64,000 bases of DNA, from positions 11,222,001 to 11,286,000 of the forward strand of contig CM022667.1 in NCBI GenBank assembly GCA_012295275.1. The letters run 5' to 3'. This document shows, piece after piece, positions 62,207 through 64,000 of the stretch (the stretch's first letter is position 1; each line of letters opens with the position of its first letter). The notes beneath the pieces are model-generated. The model was not told the DNA's origin, did no database searches, and saw only the letters and a program-made list of their open reading frames with translations. Position numbers and translations under genes: made by a program. The DNA is from Chrysomallon squamiferum (Eukaryota > Animalia > Mollusca).

Positions 62207-62618
62207 CAGGGCACGGAATTTTTTCATCGCATGTTTCTGAGAAAGTATATTCGGTTGGTCCTTTGCATACCTCTCCTCCACGATTGCATTTTCTAAATTT
62301 GTTTACAACCAAATATCCAGGACCTCCGCAGGTCCGACTGCAGCCAGATTTACTGGTAAACCACGTAGTCCAGCCGCTGTATACTATCAAAGATATAAAT
62401 AAATTTATAATAAGTATCGTACTATATGAATACGAGAAATAATAATAATAATAATATATAAATAATTGAACTTGATAAATAAAAATAAGGAAACAAAAAT
62501 ACTAAACTATTGATGCCGAGTGGTTTATTCCGTGATGCTGCACTATAAGATTAAAATATAACAAACCAAATGTTTTCGTAAATTCTTGAATGATCAGAAG
62601 CAATATGATATTGTTCAT
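58861..62618 (-). CDS. Single-TSP1-domain type I membrane protein, paralog 2 (~232 aa)
   Basis: Exons 62567-62618 (MNNIILLLIIQEFTKTF, signal-like, less certain), 62207-62383 (YSGWTTW...CSRTCGGPG...FRKC...C...C...PCP), 61533-61626 (TM ILLIIGLFGLILFFFIGGLYIFY), 58861-59236. Phases 1,1,2; TM exon is 94 bp, as in paralog 1. Confidence 0.8.
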
Positions 62619-63195
62619 TTTCTAAATCTCCTTTTCTTGTTTTTTGTCGAGAAACCAAGTCACATTATTTCAACATAAATGTTTTCCATGACGTCACAAG
62701 ATACTTCATGTCTCGTTTTCTTCTTCTTTCGAGAAGAGTCTGAGAAAAAAGAATCTCGTGTCAACAGTAATTCGTACGAAATCGTGAAAAGAAACAATTT
62801 AATAGAAATGCAAATAATAATAATTATTATAATGGTTTCAAGTATTGTTTTACAATTAGGTACTCAGAACTGTCCGCTATATTGTTTCAGCAGACTAAGT
62901 TTCCACATTATGGTATCTTCATGTTCACGCGCCAGTGTCTGTGAAAATTATTTTTTTTTTTTTTTTTTTAGTACGAAAAGGGTACGAGATGGTATGACGT
63001 CAAAGTTTCCTAAAAAAAACCCACACAATCTGTGTTCGACCTTTGCAGCAATTTCTACTCAATAATAGACATATGTGTATATGAGGCACTGATTATATGA
63101 CATATTTCCCCAATTTACTTTTAATAATCCATATAGAATTGATTGCATTATGAAGGAATACATGTTTAAAACTTTGTAAACACTGATCGGCGTTC

Positions 63196-63210
63196 GACGC
63201 TGCCATCTTG
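63196..63210 (-). promoter_or_regulatory. YY1-like motif, possible transcription-start region
   Basis: Minus strand CAAGATGGCAGCG in a locally CpG-richer patch ~600 bp upstream of TSP1 paralog 2. Motif match only. Confidence 0.35.
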
Positions 63211-63583
63211 GATTTCGATCGGAAAACGTCTGATCGGGTTTTTGAACTTCCAATTTCAACTATTTTACATCTATTTTCTGAACATTTTATGATTAACACT
63301 GATAAAGGCAAGGATGGTTGTTCATATTTCTAAACTATTTCCTTTTTCAACTTAATCAAACTTTTCCGGTGATGTAATTTGTGTCGTTTCGAGTTATCAT
63401 TCGTTTGGTCCATATATTTATAAACATTTTTCTGTGTTATGCCTCCGTTGTTCTACAGAGTGGGTTTATTTTAGCGTGTGTTGGATCAGAGAATTGTAGA
63501 ATTTCATATCGTATAAACATTTCCTCATTGTCTTCTTTGGTATTATTATTATTATTTTTTTTTTTTCGCAGTTTTTCTGAGTC

Positions 63584-63638
<55 letters not shown>

Positions 63639-63916
63639 CATAATAATAATAATAGTTGTTGTTCTACGTATTATTATTATAGCGCAGGATCATTGCATGT
63701 TTTTGAATTGTTGGAAAATAACAACCTAGTATACATTTGTTTCGAGAATTATTAATTAGAAATAAATGAAATGAAAATACGTTATTTACCTGAGACAACT
63801 TCATTTTCTCTTCTTGTTTGTGGCTCTCTTTCTTAGCATCTTTTTGTACTCTTTTGTAATATCATATGAAATAGTCTAAACATATTCTGAATATCTTCTA
63901 TATTTATTACTACTAC

Positions 63917-63976
<60 letters not shown>

Positions 63977-64000
63977 CAATAAAATACTCTAAAAATGGTA

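Noticed and set aside
63093-63311. ORF containing KMAASNADQC as a coding first exon
   Set aside because: It stops after a short run with no recognisable domain or clear donor; the ATGGC context is better explained as a YY1-type motif.

Overview
AT-rich, microsatellite-dense animal genomic DNA with GT-AG spliceosomal introns; the domain content suggests an invertebrate, possibly a mollusc (inference only). Most ORFs in the supplied track are translated microsatellites. The first 21 kb is a duplicated cluster, most likely immune-related, with three paralogous 3-exon genes (A + 2058-4463, B - 8292-10774, C - 16191-19091). Each encodes a signal peptide, an acidic propeptide, a furin site and a 105-108 aa cysteine-free mature protein of net charge about +22 to +23. 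The mature protein starts with a hypervariable amphipathic helix and ends in a domain whose motif string (TRxYxKxGG[YF]xxAxxDFxxL...VTVRxxSSxGxPTL[ED]I...K[IF]RY) resembles, from memory, bacterial CDI/polymorphic-toxin C-terminal domains. My lead hypothesis is a domesticated bacterial toxin redeployed as a secreted antimicrobial protein; no search was run. Between these genes lie two broken copies of an intronless PAN-sushi-galectin-like gene and two copies of an orphan TM-encoding exon. The rest of the window holds a Rab22/Rab31 GTPase, a DOK-like PH-PTB adaptor, a MARVEL (CMTM-like) protein, a triple-kringle type I membrane protein and two paralogous single-TSP1 type I membrane proteins. Several 1-bp frameshifts in homopolymers suggest residual consensus errors. 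No rRNA, tRNA, CRISPR array or transposase was recognised. Exon coordinates were derived by hand.
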